Source: Candidatus Bathyarchaeia archaeon
Lineage (GTDB): Archaea > Thermoproteota > Bathyarchaeia > Bathyarchaeales > Bathycorpusculaceae
Assembly (NCBI GenBank): GCA_049970895.1
Contig: JBMFMB010000001.1
Span: 32,001-96,000, forward strand
DNA: 64,000 bases
Direction of reading: 5' to 3'
A program made the translations under genes and the position numbers. Numbering within the stretch: the first letter of the stretch is position 1; every line of letters begins with the position of its first letter. The notes under the pieces are model-generated. The model did not search any database, was not told the origin of the DNA, and saw nothing but the letters and a program-made list of their open reading frames with translations. Shown here piece by piece: positions 55,869 to 64,000 of the stretch.

Positions 55869-58547
55869 TTACATGAAACGTTCAAGTTTTGTTAACCCTA
55901 TTATCTCGTCAAAGTCTAAGCCTAAAGCGTCTAAAACCTGATCGAAGGTGGAGTGAAGATAAGCCACATACTTGTCTACGTCTATCTCGTTTTTTGTTGC
56001 CAACTCGACAGGTTTCACGTGGGGTTCGTTTACAACCTTTACAAAACTTATTAGGTCGCCAGCTTTTAGTTCCATCCCGCTTTCTTTTAGGATTCTCGCG
56101 GCTTTCACGTGTTGCGGTGTTGTTTTTGTGTAGCGTTCTGGCTCTTCGCCTAATACTACATTGAAAGCTAGTTCGTTTAGGCTTTCCCATTCGCGTCTTT
56201 TTAGCCTTACATAACAGTCGCGTATTGTTTGGATGATGTCCTTTTTAGCTGCTTCAAAGTCTGCTGGCGACTTAACCATGGCTAGTCGTTCCTTCATCTT
56301 ATCGAAAGCCTTCTTAATGAAAAGGGGGATGTGGCGTTTCTTGCCAGTCAAGCCCTTAACGTCGACGCTTCCATCTTCTAAGACGCCTAGATAGTTCTTT
56401 TTGCGGGAGCTGAAGACCGCATAGCGGTAAACCTTGTCCACGTCTAAGCCCATTTTAAGTTCGCGTTCAGTCCACTCCTCAAGCTCGCATATCTGCTCCT
56501 TTGACGGGTTTTTTAGGAAGACGCTGTCCGTGTCGCCGTAAAGCACTTGGATGCCCAGTTCCTCAGCCCTCTTAATTATCTGGGTTATGGCGTGCCTTCC
56601 TATGGCTGCTGTTGCCTCGGCAACTGGTGGGCAGTAGAGGTCGAAGGTTTCTGCTCCAAAGACGCCGTAGCTGGCGTTTAAAATGACCTTTAACGCGCCT
56701 TGGATGATATTGTACCAGCTTCTAACTTCTGGCGGCAAAGTCTTGTCCTTCGATTTTGGCTTGTACCACTGAACTCGCAAGTCCCTCAACGAGCCTATTA
56801 GGAGGCTTTCTAGGGCGCGTTTTTTGCGGCAAACCCAGTGGGGGGTGTCTGGCACAAAGTTTGTTTTGCATTCTGGATGTCCACATAAGATGGATTGGTA
56901 GCCCAAATTCCAAACTTTTATTATGGATGGGTATAGGCTTGGAAAGTCCATGACGGCGACGTTAAAGTGGACGCCCGGCACTGGTTCTACGACTATGGCG
57001 CCCTTGTACTTTTTGCCCTTAATTATGGCTTTTGTGGCCGTTTTGCCTTTTAGGGCTAGTATGTCCTCAGCGTTTGGAATAAGCATATTTTTTCTGCGGT
57101 GTTCCCGGTGCATAAAGTTTCTTATCCAGCGGGATACACCTTGTCGGCTCACATCCTCCATCGGCATGCTGCTTATCCTAGCCAAAACAAGAATTAACTT
57201 TAGGACCAGCTCGTCTTCGAAGCTTGTTAGTTTGTAGGTTATTTCAGCGTCTCTAAAACAGTATTTTGCAAGTTCCGTGTACGTTAATTCGCCTATGCTC
57301 TTCTCCAGTGTTATTTTGTCCAAGCCTACAAGTGCCATGCCAACATCGCCTAAAGTAACGTCTCTGTAGCGGTTGTTGAAGGCATATATTTGTATGGAGC
57401 GGTTGAAGAAGAACTTGTAGAGGTCGATGTGCACCCCATATTTTAGGAGGCAGACGCGCTTCCCAATTTCTATCGGGATTTCATCCCGCTTAAAACCGTG
57501 GTTTTCCGCCCTATGCGCCAAATACCGCAAGTCAAAATCGTCGCCGTTGAAGGTTACCACGAAGGGGTAGTTCCACAAAACCTCGAAGACAGCTCTTATC
57601 AGCTTCTCTTCAGAATCAAAATATTCTATTTGCACATCTGCTGGTAAACGTTCCGAGCCTTCGCGAACCCCTTCCCTTTTTAGGAGGAGAACCCTTTTCT
57701 GCCCATCCGAACTGTATAGTGAGACGCAGACTATTGGGTAGGCTGCTTCTCTTGGGTCTGGCATTCGAGTCGGTATGGGCGAATAAACCTCAATGTCCAT
57801 GGCGACGTAACGGAACTTTGGGGCTGGATATTCTAGAAGCCTAGCCCACTGCTCAATATACTGAAGCTCTTCAGCGTCAGCCTCCTTAAAGGTTGCAACA
57901 ATTTGTTGAACCGTTCTTTCCGCTTCTTCTAGGCTTTTTGGTACAAGATTACCATCTTTGACTTCGTAAACCATGCCTGGCAAAAGTCCACGGTCATAAA
58001 TGTAGGACTGGTAATACTTTATCTTAGACTCCCAAACCTTTATGGATTCGGCGGAAACCGGGACATCCGCAACTTTTGGAAAGTCTTCTGGGATAATGTC
58101 CCTTATGCAGCCTCTCGGTCGCCCTCCAATGGCTAACGGGTCTTTGGCAACGATTTTTGTCACTTTTACCGGCTTGTCCAAGAGGGGGTCAAACTTTTCC
58201 ACAATTTCGAAGTGGTCAAAGCCCGGATGCTTCATTAAACGGTCAATTTTCTCAAGCTCGAAAGGCGAAAGATTCGTGTAGCAATATGGCCTATGCCCAG
58301 TGTTATCATACCAGAAGTAAATGCACCCAGAAACAGGCTCGTAAAGCTTGATTAGGGCTTTTCCAGCCTTTCCATCATAAGTGGCTGAAACAAAATATGA
58401 TGGTGGAAGATTTTCTGGAGCCGCTGGTGGGAAGCCCCGCTCTTTTCGTTCTTTTTCTAGGGATTTTGTGAAGGGTAGGGCTTCCGCTTCGGCTTCTTGG
58501 GGTTTTGCCACAGGCATTGAGAACTCGTCTAGGCGCCTTTGAGCCAT
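55869..58547 (-). CDS. polB1: Family B DNA polymerase, PolB1 type
   Basis: ExoI DIEV, ExoII FNGDDFD, ExoIII YCFRDA, DFPSLYPSII, KVILNASYG, YGDTDS, KKNY; N-terminus resembling crenarchaeal PolB1. Confidence 0.93.
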   Translation of the reverse strand: MAQRRLDEFSMPVAKPQEAEAEALPFTKSLEKERKERGFPPAAPENLPPSYFVSATYDGKAGKALIKLYEPVSGCIYFWYDNTGHRPYCYTNLSPFELEKIDRLMKHPGFDHFEIVEKFDPLLDKPVKVTKIVAKDPLAIGGRPRGCIRDIIPEDFPKVADVPVSAESIKVWESKIKYYQSYIYDRGLLPGMVYEVKDGNLVPKSLEEAERTVQQIVATFKEADAEELQYIEQWARLLEYPAPKFRYVAMDIEVYSPIPTRMPDPREAAYPIVCVSLYSSDGQKRVLLLKREGVREGSERLPADVQIEYFDSEEKLIRAVFEVLWNYPFVVTFNGDDFDLRYLAHRAENHGFKRDEIPIEIGKRVCLLKYGVHIDLYKFFFNRSIQIYAFNNRYRDVTLGDVGMALVGLDKITLEKSIGELTYTELAKYCFRDAEITYKLTSFEDELVLKLILVLARISSMPMEDVSRQGVSRWIRNFMHREHRRKNMLIPNAEDILALKGKTATKAIIKGKKYKGAIVVEPVPGVHFNVAVMDFPSLYPSIIKVWNLGYQSILCGHPECKTNFVPDTPHWVCRKKRALESLLIGSLRDLRVQWYKPKSKDKTLPPEVRSWYNIIQGALKVILNASYGVFGAETFDLYCPPVAEATAAIGRHAITQIIKRAEELGIQVLYGDTDSVFLKNPSKEQICELEEWTERELKMGLDVDKVYRYAVFSSRKKNYLGVLEDGSVDVKGLTGKKRHIPLFIKKAFDKMKERLAMVKSPADFEAAKKDIIQTIRDCYVRLKRREWESLNELAFNVVLGEEPERYTKTTPQHVKAARILKESGMELKAGDLISFVKVVNEPHVKPVELATKNEIDVDKYVAYLHSTFDQVLDALGLDFDEIIGLTKLERFM

Positions 58548-58674
58548 ATCTGCTCTTAACCTAAACTAAATATCGCAAGCCACAGACTAAAAACCTTACT
58601 AGTGTATAGCTTTTCGTGGAAACTTTTAATCTTTAAGATGGCTTTTCTATTGCTGTTTAGCCGTGTGAAAAGGA

Positions 58675-60027
58675 ATGCTTAGAGAAGCTTGGTCTTTGGC
58701 TATTGAAGCCTTAAGCTGGATGGAGAAGGAGCAGATAAGCGAGCGGCTAGCTATAGCCAGAACAGCCAAACAACTGGAAATAGACGATGTTGATGCTTTA
58801 CGCTTCGCCCACGGTCTTGTGTGTGAAACCGTTCGACGCCGCAACATCATAGACCGTTTTATAAACGAGGCTTTGAAGCCAAAATCCCTAAGCGAGTTCA
58901 CGTTGGGTGTCCAATCCTTTTTGAGGCTTTACGTTTACCAAACAAGAGTCGCCAAAAACTGGTCGAAAATCGACATTGAAGAGGCAAAAAACATTGTGAG
59001 GCTTGCCCGCTCAATTTTGGGTTGGAGAACCCTCCAAAACGTTGAACCCTTTCTAGGCTTGCTTTTAACAGAAAGCCCCACCACAGTTCTGAAAGGGATT
59101 AGCGACGAGGAAAGGGTTGGGCTTTTAACCTTCCATCCAACATGGTTTGTGCGTTACTGCTTCAAGCTCTTTGGCAGAAAAGAAGCCATAAACATGCTTG
59201 AGGCAAATTTGAAAGCTCCTCCAACCTACATTAGACTTAACACTTTGAAAGCGGATGAAAACGAAATTTTGGCGAGATTAGCCGAAGAAGAGATAAGGGT
59301 TGAAAAGGTTGAGGGACTGCGCCACACCTTCAAGGTTTTGGGCACAAAAACCCCGCTAACAAGAACCAAAAGCTTTGGTGAAGGCTTGTTTTACATTCAG
59401 GATAAGGCTAGCTGTTACGCGGCTGAAGTGGCAAACCCAGAACCCGGCATAGTGCTTTTGGACATTTGCGCCGCCCCCGGAGCCAAAACCACCTATTTGG
59501 CTCAGCTTATGCAGAACCAAGGCATAATATACTCGGTAGACTTTTCAAGGCGTAGGATGAGCGTTTGGAAAAACGAAATTGCCAGAATGGGCGTGGAAAT
59601 TGCCGAGCCTATAATTGCTGATGCATGTAACCCACTGCCAGTCTCCGTAGAGGCGGATGTGGTGGTTTTAGACCCGCCTTGCACAAGTACTGGAGCCTTT
59701 GCAAAGTTCCCATCAGCCAAGTGGAGGCTCACACAACGTTCTGTTGAAAAAATGGCTGAAATCCAGTGGCAGATGCTGGAAAACTGCGCAGAAAAAGTCA
59801 AGCCGGGCGGCACATTAATCTACTCCACGTGCAGCATAACAGTCGAAGAAAACGAAATGCTCATCGAACGTTTCTTAAAATGGCATCCAGAGTTCTCGCT
59901 GGCTGAAATAACCCCAAAAATTGGGGTGCTTGGACTAAGGGGCATGGAAAGGTGTCAGAGGCTTTACCCGCACATTCACGAGTGCAACGGCTTTTTCATT
60001 GCAAAACTATTAAGGACTGGCATGTAG
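58675..60027 (+). CDS. RsmB/NOP2-family RNA m5C methyltransferase with NusB-like N-terminus
   Basis: IQDKAS, DICAAPGAKT, LDPPCTSTG, YSTCS...ENE, GFFIAKL. Confidence 0.92.
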   Translation: MLREAWSLAIEALSWMEKEQISERLAIARTAKQLEIDDVDALRFAHGLVCETVRRRNIIDRFINEALKPKSLSEFTLGVQSFLRLYVYQTRVAKNWSKIDIEEAKNIVRLARSILGWRTLQNVEPFLGLLLTESPTTVLKGISDEERVGLLTFHPTWFVRYCFKLFGRKEAINMLEANLKAPPTYIRLNTLKADENEILARLAEEEIRVEKVEGLRHTFKVLGTKTPLTRTKSFGEGLFYIQDKASCYAAEVANPEPGIVLLDICAAPGAKTTYLAQLMQNQGIIYSVDFSRRRMSVWKNEIARMGVEIAEPIIADACNPLPVSVEADVVVLDPPCTSTGAFAKFPSAKWRLTQRSVEKMAEIQWQMLENCAEKVKPGGTLIYSTCSITVEENEMLIERFLKWHPEFSLAEITPKIGVLGLRGMERCQRLYPHIHECNGFFIAKLLRTGM

Positions 60028-60097
60028 CAAATTGAGAAGAATTCGTGGATACTAGTGCTTTATTGAAAGTTCGTAATACTTATAAGCATTACTTTGG

Positions 60098-60116
60098 TAT
60101 ATACCTTCGGTATATA
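60098..60116. promoter_or_regulatory. Palindromic operator, likely VapB autorepression site
   Basis: Perfect inverted repeat TATATACC-TTC-GGTATATA between TATA-like CTTATAAG (60079-60086) and the antitoxin ATG. Confidence 0.65.
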
Positions 60117-60120
60117 AAAA

Positions 60121-60348
60121 ATGACCGAGAAAAGTGTAATTACCGTGAAAATTCCATCAGACCTTAAAAAGAAAATGAAACGGGTCAAAATAAACTGGAG
60201 CGAATACATTAGAAACGCCGTCCAGAAGAAATTGGAAGAAGAGAATAAGAACATAGCTTCAACAAAACTCGACGAAATAAGAGCCAGAAGCAAACCAGTG
60301 GCAACAGAGGAGCTGGTAACTTGGATAAGAGAATACAGGGAGAAATAG
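60121..60348 (+). CDS. vapB: VapB antitoxin (ribbon-helix-helix)
   Basis: VITVKIP..LKKKM....INWSEYIR.A; directly upstream of the PIN gene. Confidence 0.87.
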   Translation: MTEKSVITVKIPSDLKKKMKRVKINWSEYIRNAVQKKLEEENKNIASTKLDEIRARSKPVATEELVTWIREYREK

Positions 60349-60349
60349 C

Positions 60350-60781
60350 ATGCCACGATATGTTGTTGACGCCAGCATCATCGCCAAATGGATTCTCCCC
60401 GGCGAACCATACCAAGAGAACACAGCAAAACTGAAAGAAGATTTTACAACTGGACAAGTGGAACTATGTGCACCAACCCTAATCGTCCACGAAGTCACAA
60501 ATGCCATTTGGAGAGCAACAAAACTCGGAATAATCTCTGTAAATGACGCAAAAGAGGCGCTTGAAGCACTGGAGGATATGAAAATTGAACTCTTCGAGCC
60601 TAGCTGGACAAAAGCATGCCAAGAATTAAGCATTGCCTGCAAGCTGGACTTAACAGTTTATGATGCAGCTTACCTCTTTCTCGCCGAAAAAACAAGGGCC
60701 AGTCTCATAACGGCAGATGAAAAGCTATACGAGAAAGCAAAAGCCAATTTCAAAATAATCCACATCAAAGATTACGTATAG
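60350..60781 (+). CDS. vapC: VapC PIN-domain toxin
   Basis: VVDAS...KW, EV.NA, TVYDAAYL, LITAD.KL. Confidence 0.92.
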   Translation: MPRYVVDASIIAKWILPGEPYQENTAKLKEDFTTGQVELCAPTLIVHEVTNAIWRATKLGIISVNDAKEALEALEDMKIELFEPSWTKACQELSIACKLDLTVYDAAYLFLAEKTRASLITADEKLYEKAKANFKIIHIKDYV

Positions 60782-60782
60782 C

Positions 60783-61682
60783 TTAATGCGTCCGCGATTT
60801 TTCAATGCTCGCCAGAGACTCAAAAATTATCTTTGCTGCTTGGATTGCTGTGACCCCAAAATCATAATTTGGAGCAACTTCCACAACATCCAATCCCACA
60901 ACATGCTTGTCGCATATGCCACATAAAATGTCCAGCAAAGTGTGGCTTTCAAGACCGTCTGGTTCGGGATTCTGCACTGCCGGTGCATAGGCTGGGTCTA
61001 AAACGTCCATGTCTGCAGAGACATAAACACTTTCTATATTGGCGAGTTTCCGCTTTAAGGCTTTCAGCATCTGCTCTACGCCTTCCCTCCTAATTTGTTG
61101 GGCTGTTATAAATTCTATTCCAGCTTTTTTCGCGTAGTCAAGCTCTTCTCTGCAGACGGCCCTAGTGCCAACCTCCAAGATTTTTGCTGGCTTTAGCTGC
61201 TCATTTAGTCTTCGCATAAAAGTTGTGTGGGAAACCTTCAACCCCATAAACTCGTCTCTCAAATCAAGGTGTGCATCAAAACTTAAAATGGCTGTCTTGG
61301 AGGCTCTATTGCCAAAACCCTTCAAAACGCCCAGCGTGACCGTGTGCTCCCCACCAACTACAATGGGCGTTTTTCCGGCCTCTATGATTTCGCCAACAAC
61401 TTTCGCGAGTCTTTCAAGGGTTTGCTCTGTGTCTGTTGAAACGTGCAAGTCGCCCAAATCATGAAGGTGCAGCTTTTCCATGTCTATGCCGCTGCGGAAA
61501 CTGTAGGTTTCGATGTTTAGAGAAGCCTCCCTTATGGCGGCTGGTCCAAACCTGGCGCCAGTGCGATAAGTGCTTGTAACATCAAATGGCACGCCTAGAA
61601 CCACGTAGTCGGCTTCCTCAAAAGTTTTTTGAAAACCGCTGAAAACGGCTGAATGTGAAACATATAAGTCGCGATAACTCAT
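60783..61682 (-). CDS. speB: Agmatinase (ureohydrolase)
   Basis: GARFGP.AIR, GGEH, DAHLD, SHTT, DMDVLDP..AP, VEV.P. Confidence 0.93.
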   Translation of the reverse strand: MSYRDLYVSHSAVFSGFQKTFEEADYVVLGVPFDVTSTYRTGARFGPAAIREASLNIETYSFRSGIDMEKLHLHDLGDLHVSTDTEQTLERLAKVVGEIIEAGKTPIVVGGEHTVTLGVLKGFGNRASKTAILSFDAHLDLRDEFMGLKVSHTTFMRRLNEQLKPAKILEVGTRAVCREELDYAKKAGIEFITAQQIRREGVEQMLKALKRKLANIESVYVSADMDVLDPAYAPAVQNPEPDGLESHTLLDILCGICDKHVVGLDVVEVAPNYDFGVTAIQAAKIIFESLASIEKSRTH

Positions 61683-61752
61683 CCTCTAATCCATCCACTA
61701 GTAAACGCTAAAACAGTTTAACCTAGGAAGCTCTAAACTCTTTCGCTTATCT

Positions 61753-62087
61753 CTAGTAAACTTCCAATTTCTTCTCTACCGCCGTCTTTATGGCATCTAA
61801 ACCCCACAGTTTCTGCCCCTTAAAAACTAATGTTGGGGTCTTATTAACGCCGGCAATTTTTGCCTTAAGGCGGGTTGGTGCATCTGCCAAAACTGAGATC
61901 AACAACCTTGAACGGGATGCGAGATTTTTCCAGAAATTTAATGACCTTTCTATCCCCTTCTGTTAAGGTGAATTCCGTTTTGGTTACGCGATAACCAGCG
62001 CCGCACCAGTGACCCCAGTTGGGCATGGTGTATTCTACATGCTCAACTTTTCTCAGATTTAACATATAAAATTGCTACTTCCGACAT
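61753..62087 (-). pseudogene. Glutaredoxin/thioredoxin-fold small protein broken by two +1 homopolymer insertions
   Basis: Removing one A (GAGAAAAGTT) and one T (AGTTTTGGC) gives MSEVAILYVKSEKVEHVEYTMPNWGHWCGAG...IPFKVVDLS...GVNKTPTLVFKGQKLWGLDAIK...EVY. Confidence 0.6.
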
Positions 62088-62162
62088 CTTCAGTTCCAGA
62101 ATAATAATTGGTGAAACGGAAAATTTAAGTTTGGTACACGGCAAGCCGCTGAAAAGAACTTG

Positions 62163-62791
62163 TTATAGGCTTGTTATGGCATATGGGAATGCTGGTATCT
62201 CCGCGATATATAATGAGCCGTTGAAATTCATTTTAACGACATTCCATTCCGTGCCATTATTGTATGAGAGCAATAACTCTTTCACGCCGCTTGCAAGGGA
62301 TGGTTCCGTCGCATTCGCAATAATTAAGACGGTTCCGTTGTAGTTGGGTTGGGCTGGAACCCGCTTAACATATGTTATGACCGGTGGGTGGAAATCGCTA
62401 ACAATGTACGCGTACTCCTTCGAGCATGCCTTGTTCCCAGCCCTATCATAGGCACAAACCAAATAGGCAACTGTGGAGTTGTAGCGCTGCGGCGGAATTT
62501 CAGCAAAAAACAAGTTGCCATTCCTACCCATGTTCACCGTCACGTTTTCTTGACTGTTAACCTTGTGGCATAGGGTTGCGTTAGCTACTCCGCTTTTAGA
62601 ATCCGTTATGTAAGCTAAAACAAGAACACTGTCCTCTATTCTGGCTTCATAGGATACTGATAAACATAGTGGATCTTTGGAGGCTTTCGGTCCTTGCGGT
62701 GGCACGCATTAACCGCAAAAACTTGCACAAGGCTTATTGCTAAAACTAGGAGGGCTATGGATAGGAGTATAAATGCCTTTCTTTTTCGCAT
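62163..62791 (-). pseudogene. Secreted / cell-surface Ig-like repeat protein, frameshifted and truncated
   Basis: Signal peptide MRKRKAFILL...; frameshift at PE[Y]EDSV near 62636; repeats D..PP.I...SGV....L....AEIP...AYDRAGN; second repeat ends abruptly. Confidence 0.7.
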
Positions 62792-62957
62792 TCTCCTTTC
62801 TCCCAGAAAAGCACTATCCTCTCCCATATAAAAAGGGTGTTTCGAAACGGAAATATTCGTGGATTTAAGGAGTTTAGAGCCAAAAACTGACCGTTCAAAG
62901 CATATGATTTATTAACCATGTTTTCAATTTAATGCATTAATTTCAGAGGCATCTGCC

Positions 62958-63317
62958 ATGGGATTCAGATCAAGGCTTACAATTGAAAACATAGGTTTAC
63001 TTTTAGCCTCAATTTTCTACGCTGTTGTTGGTGTTGTCTGCTTTGTCATTTTAGCCACGATGGACTATGAGCTTGTTCATATTGGTTTGATTGGGATAAT
63101 AAGCCTAGCCACAGCCTACGGCTTGTTTAGGCGAAGAAAATGGGCCCTCTGGAGCGCCTTCGTACTGTTCTTTATGAACACGACGTTCTCTCTTTCTATG
63201 CTATACTACACCATGGGGGGCAATGTTCTTATAGATGCGGCCATGGTTCTGTACCTAGTCTTTACATGGGTTGCCACAATTTATTTAGCTGCCCGAAGAA
63301 AGAAGCTCGAATTTTAA
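62958..63317 (+). CDS. Four-TM membrane protein
   Basis: 119 aa, hydrophobic, with GAGG SD. Confidence 0.75.
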   Translation: MGFRSRLTIENIGLLLASIFYAVVGVVCFVILATMDYELVHIGLIGIISLATAYGLFRRRKWALWSAFVLFFMNTTFSLSMLYYTMGGNVLIDAAMVLYLVFTWVATIYLAARRKKLEF

Positions 63318-64000
63318 CTCGTCACATCCTCTAATCTTTTGAATAAGTGAACCGTGACCCCCTCATCCATGTCGACAAACTGCTGGTTTTCTGGAATTTC
63401 CACAAAGCCGTCAGCCCTTAGAAGGGTTGTTATAGCTCCAGAAAGTCCAGTTGAGACGGGTTCTGCTATTAGCCGCTTCGACTTGTCTCTTTTGAGTTTG
63501 ACCATGATGAAGGTGCGTCTCCCCCGTGCTGGAAACATCCGTGTTGATGCAAAAGCCTTAATGGTGGTCGCTTCCGTTACTTTTCTTCCAGCCATACGCT
63601 CTATTATTGGACGCACCAGTAAGTGGAAGATTAGCAGTGCTGAGGTTGGATGCCCGGGGAGGGCGAAAATGGGTTTGCCGTCTATTACGGCGACTGTTGT
63701 TGGTTTTCCAGGTTTTGTGGCCATTCCACAAACAATCAAGCCCGGTTTTCCAAGAAGGCTGAGGGTTTTTGGAATAACATCTTTTGGGCCGACTGAAACT
63801 CCGCCAGAGGTCACAACTATGTCTGCTAATGTCAAAGCCCTTTTTAATGCCTTTTCAAGCTCGTTTTGGTCGTCTGGAAAAACTCCCATGTAAACTGGTT
63901 TTCCGCCACTCTCCAACACGGCTGTGCTTAGACTATAAGCATTAATATCATAAATTTTCCCGGGGACTAGTGGCTTGCCCGGTTCTGTTACTTCCGCACC
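63314..64000 (-). CDS. moeA: Molybdopterin molybdotransferase MoeA; 5' part outside the window
   Basis: GKIYDIN, TSGGVSVG.KD, KPGKP, LPGHPTS, SG.I..L..ADG; frame open to the window edge. Confidence 0.93.
   Translation of the reverse strand, partial: GAEVTEPGKPLVPGKIYDINAYSLSTAVLESGGKPVYMGVFPDDQNELEKALKRALTLADIVVTSGGVSVGPKDVIPKTLSLLGKPGLIVCGMATKPGKPTTVAVIDGKPIFALPGHPTSALLIFHLLVRPIIERMAGRKVTEATTIKAFASTRMFPARGRRTFIMVKLKRDKSKRLIAEPVSTGLSGAITTLLRADGFVEIPENQQFVDMDEGVTVHLFKRLEDVTS

Noticed and set aside
55869-58547. Inteins in PolB, aIF5B, TopA or Topo VI
   Set aside because: Lengths are normal, motifs contiguous, and no C...HN intein ends
1-64000. tRNA/rRNA genes, integrase or provirus, restriction or other defence island
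   Set aside because: No T-loop/cloverleaf, rRNA-like tract, integrase or capsid motif recognised by eye; a tRNAscan-SE/Infernal run would be needed to exclude intron-split tRNAs

Overview
Gene-dense archaeal chromosomal window. The TACK-type gene set (PolB1, two thermosome subunits, Topo VI, aIF5B, TiaS, CarS, AglB, KEOPS Cgi121, GGAGGTGA Shine-Dalgarno sites, BRE/TATA promoters) fits a Bathyarchaeia-like lineage; this is inferred, not a database result. Most of the window is housekeeping: translation and tRNA/rRNA modification, topoisomerases, PolB, amino-acid catabolism (hut cluster, 2-oxoacid dehydrogenase E1/E2, GcvT) and N-glycosylation. There are two type II toxin-antitoxin pairs and several broken accessory genes. 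I saw no tRNA, rRNA or CRISPR array. Main signals not explained by the ORF track: (1) a 23-aa Glu/Trp-repeat microprotein gene (MFEEEEEWEEEDWEEEEWEEEEW) with its own promoter, SD and terminator, just upstream of ABCE1; (2) a structured leader with an anti-SD switch ahead of a QueT-family gene; (3) eukaryote-like OSTC/DC2 and PAC4/PSMG4 homologues, plus a stand-alone STT3 C-terminal domain; (4) a 234-bp MITE with 17-bp TIRs and a 9-bp target duplication; (5) a convergent hicA/hicB pair; (6) a shared triple-heptamer operator defining a candidate envelope-stress regulon; (7) a box C/D sRNA. All family assignments come from motif recognition by eye and need HMM confirmation.
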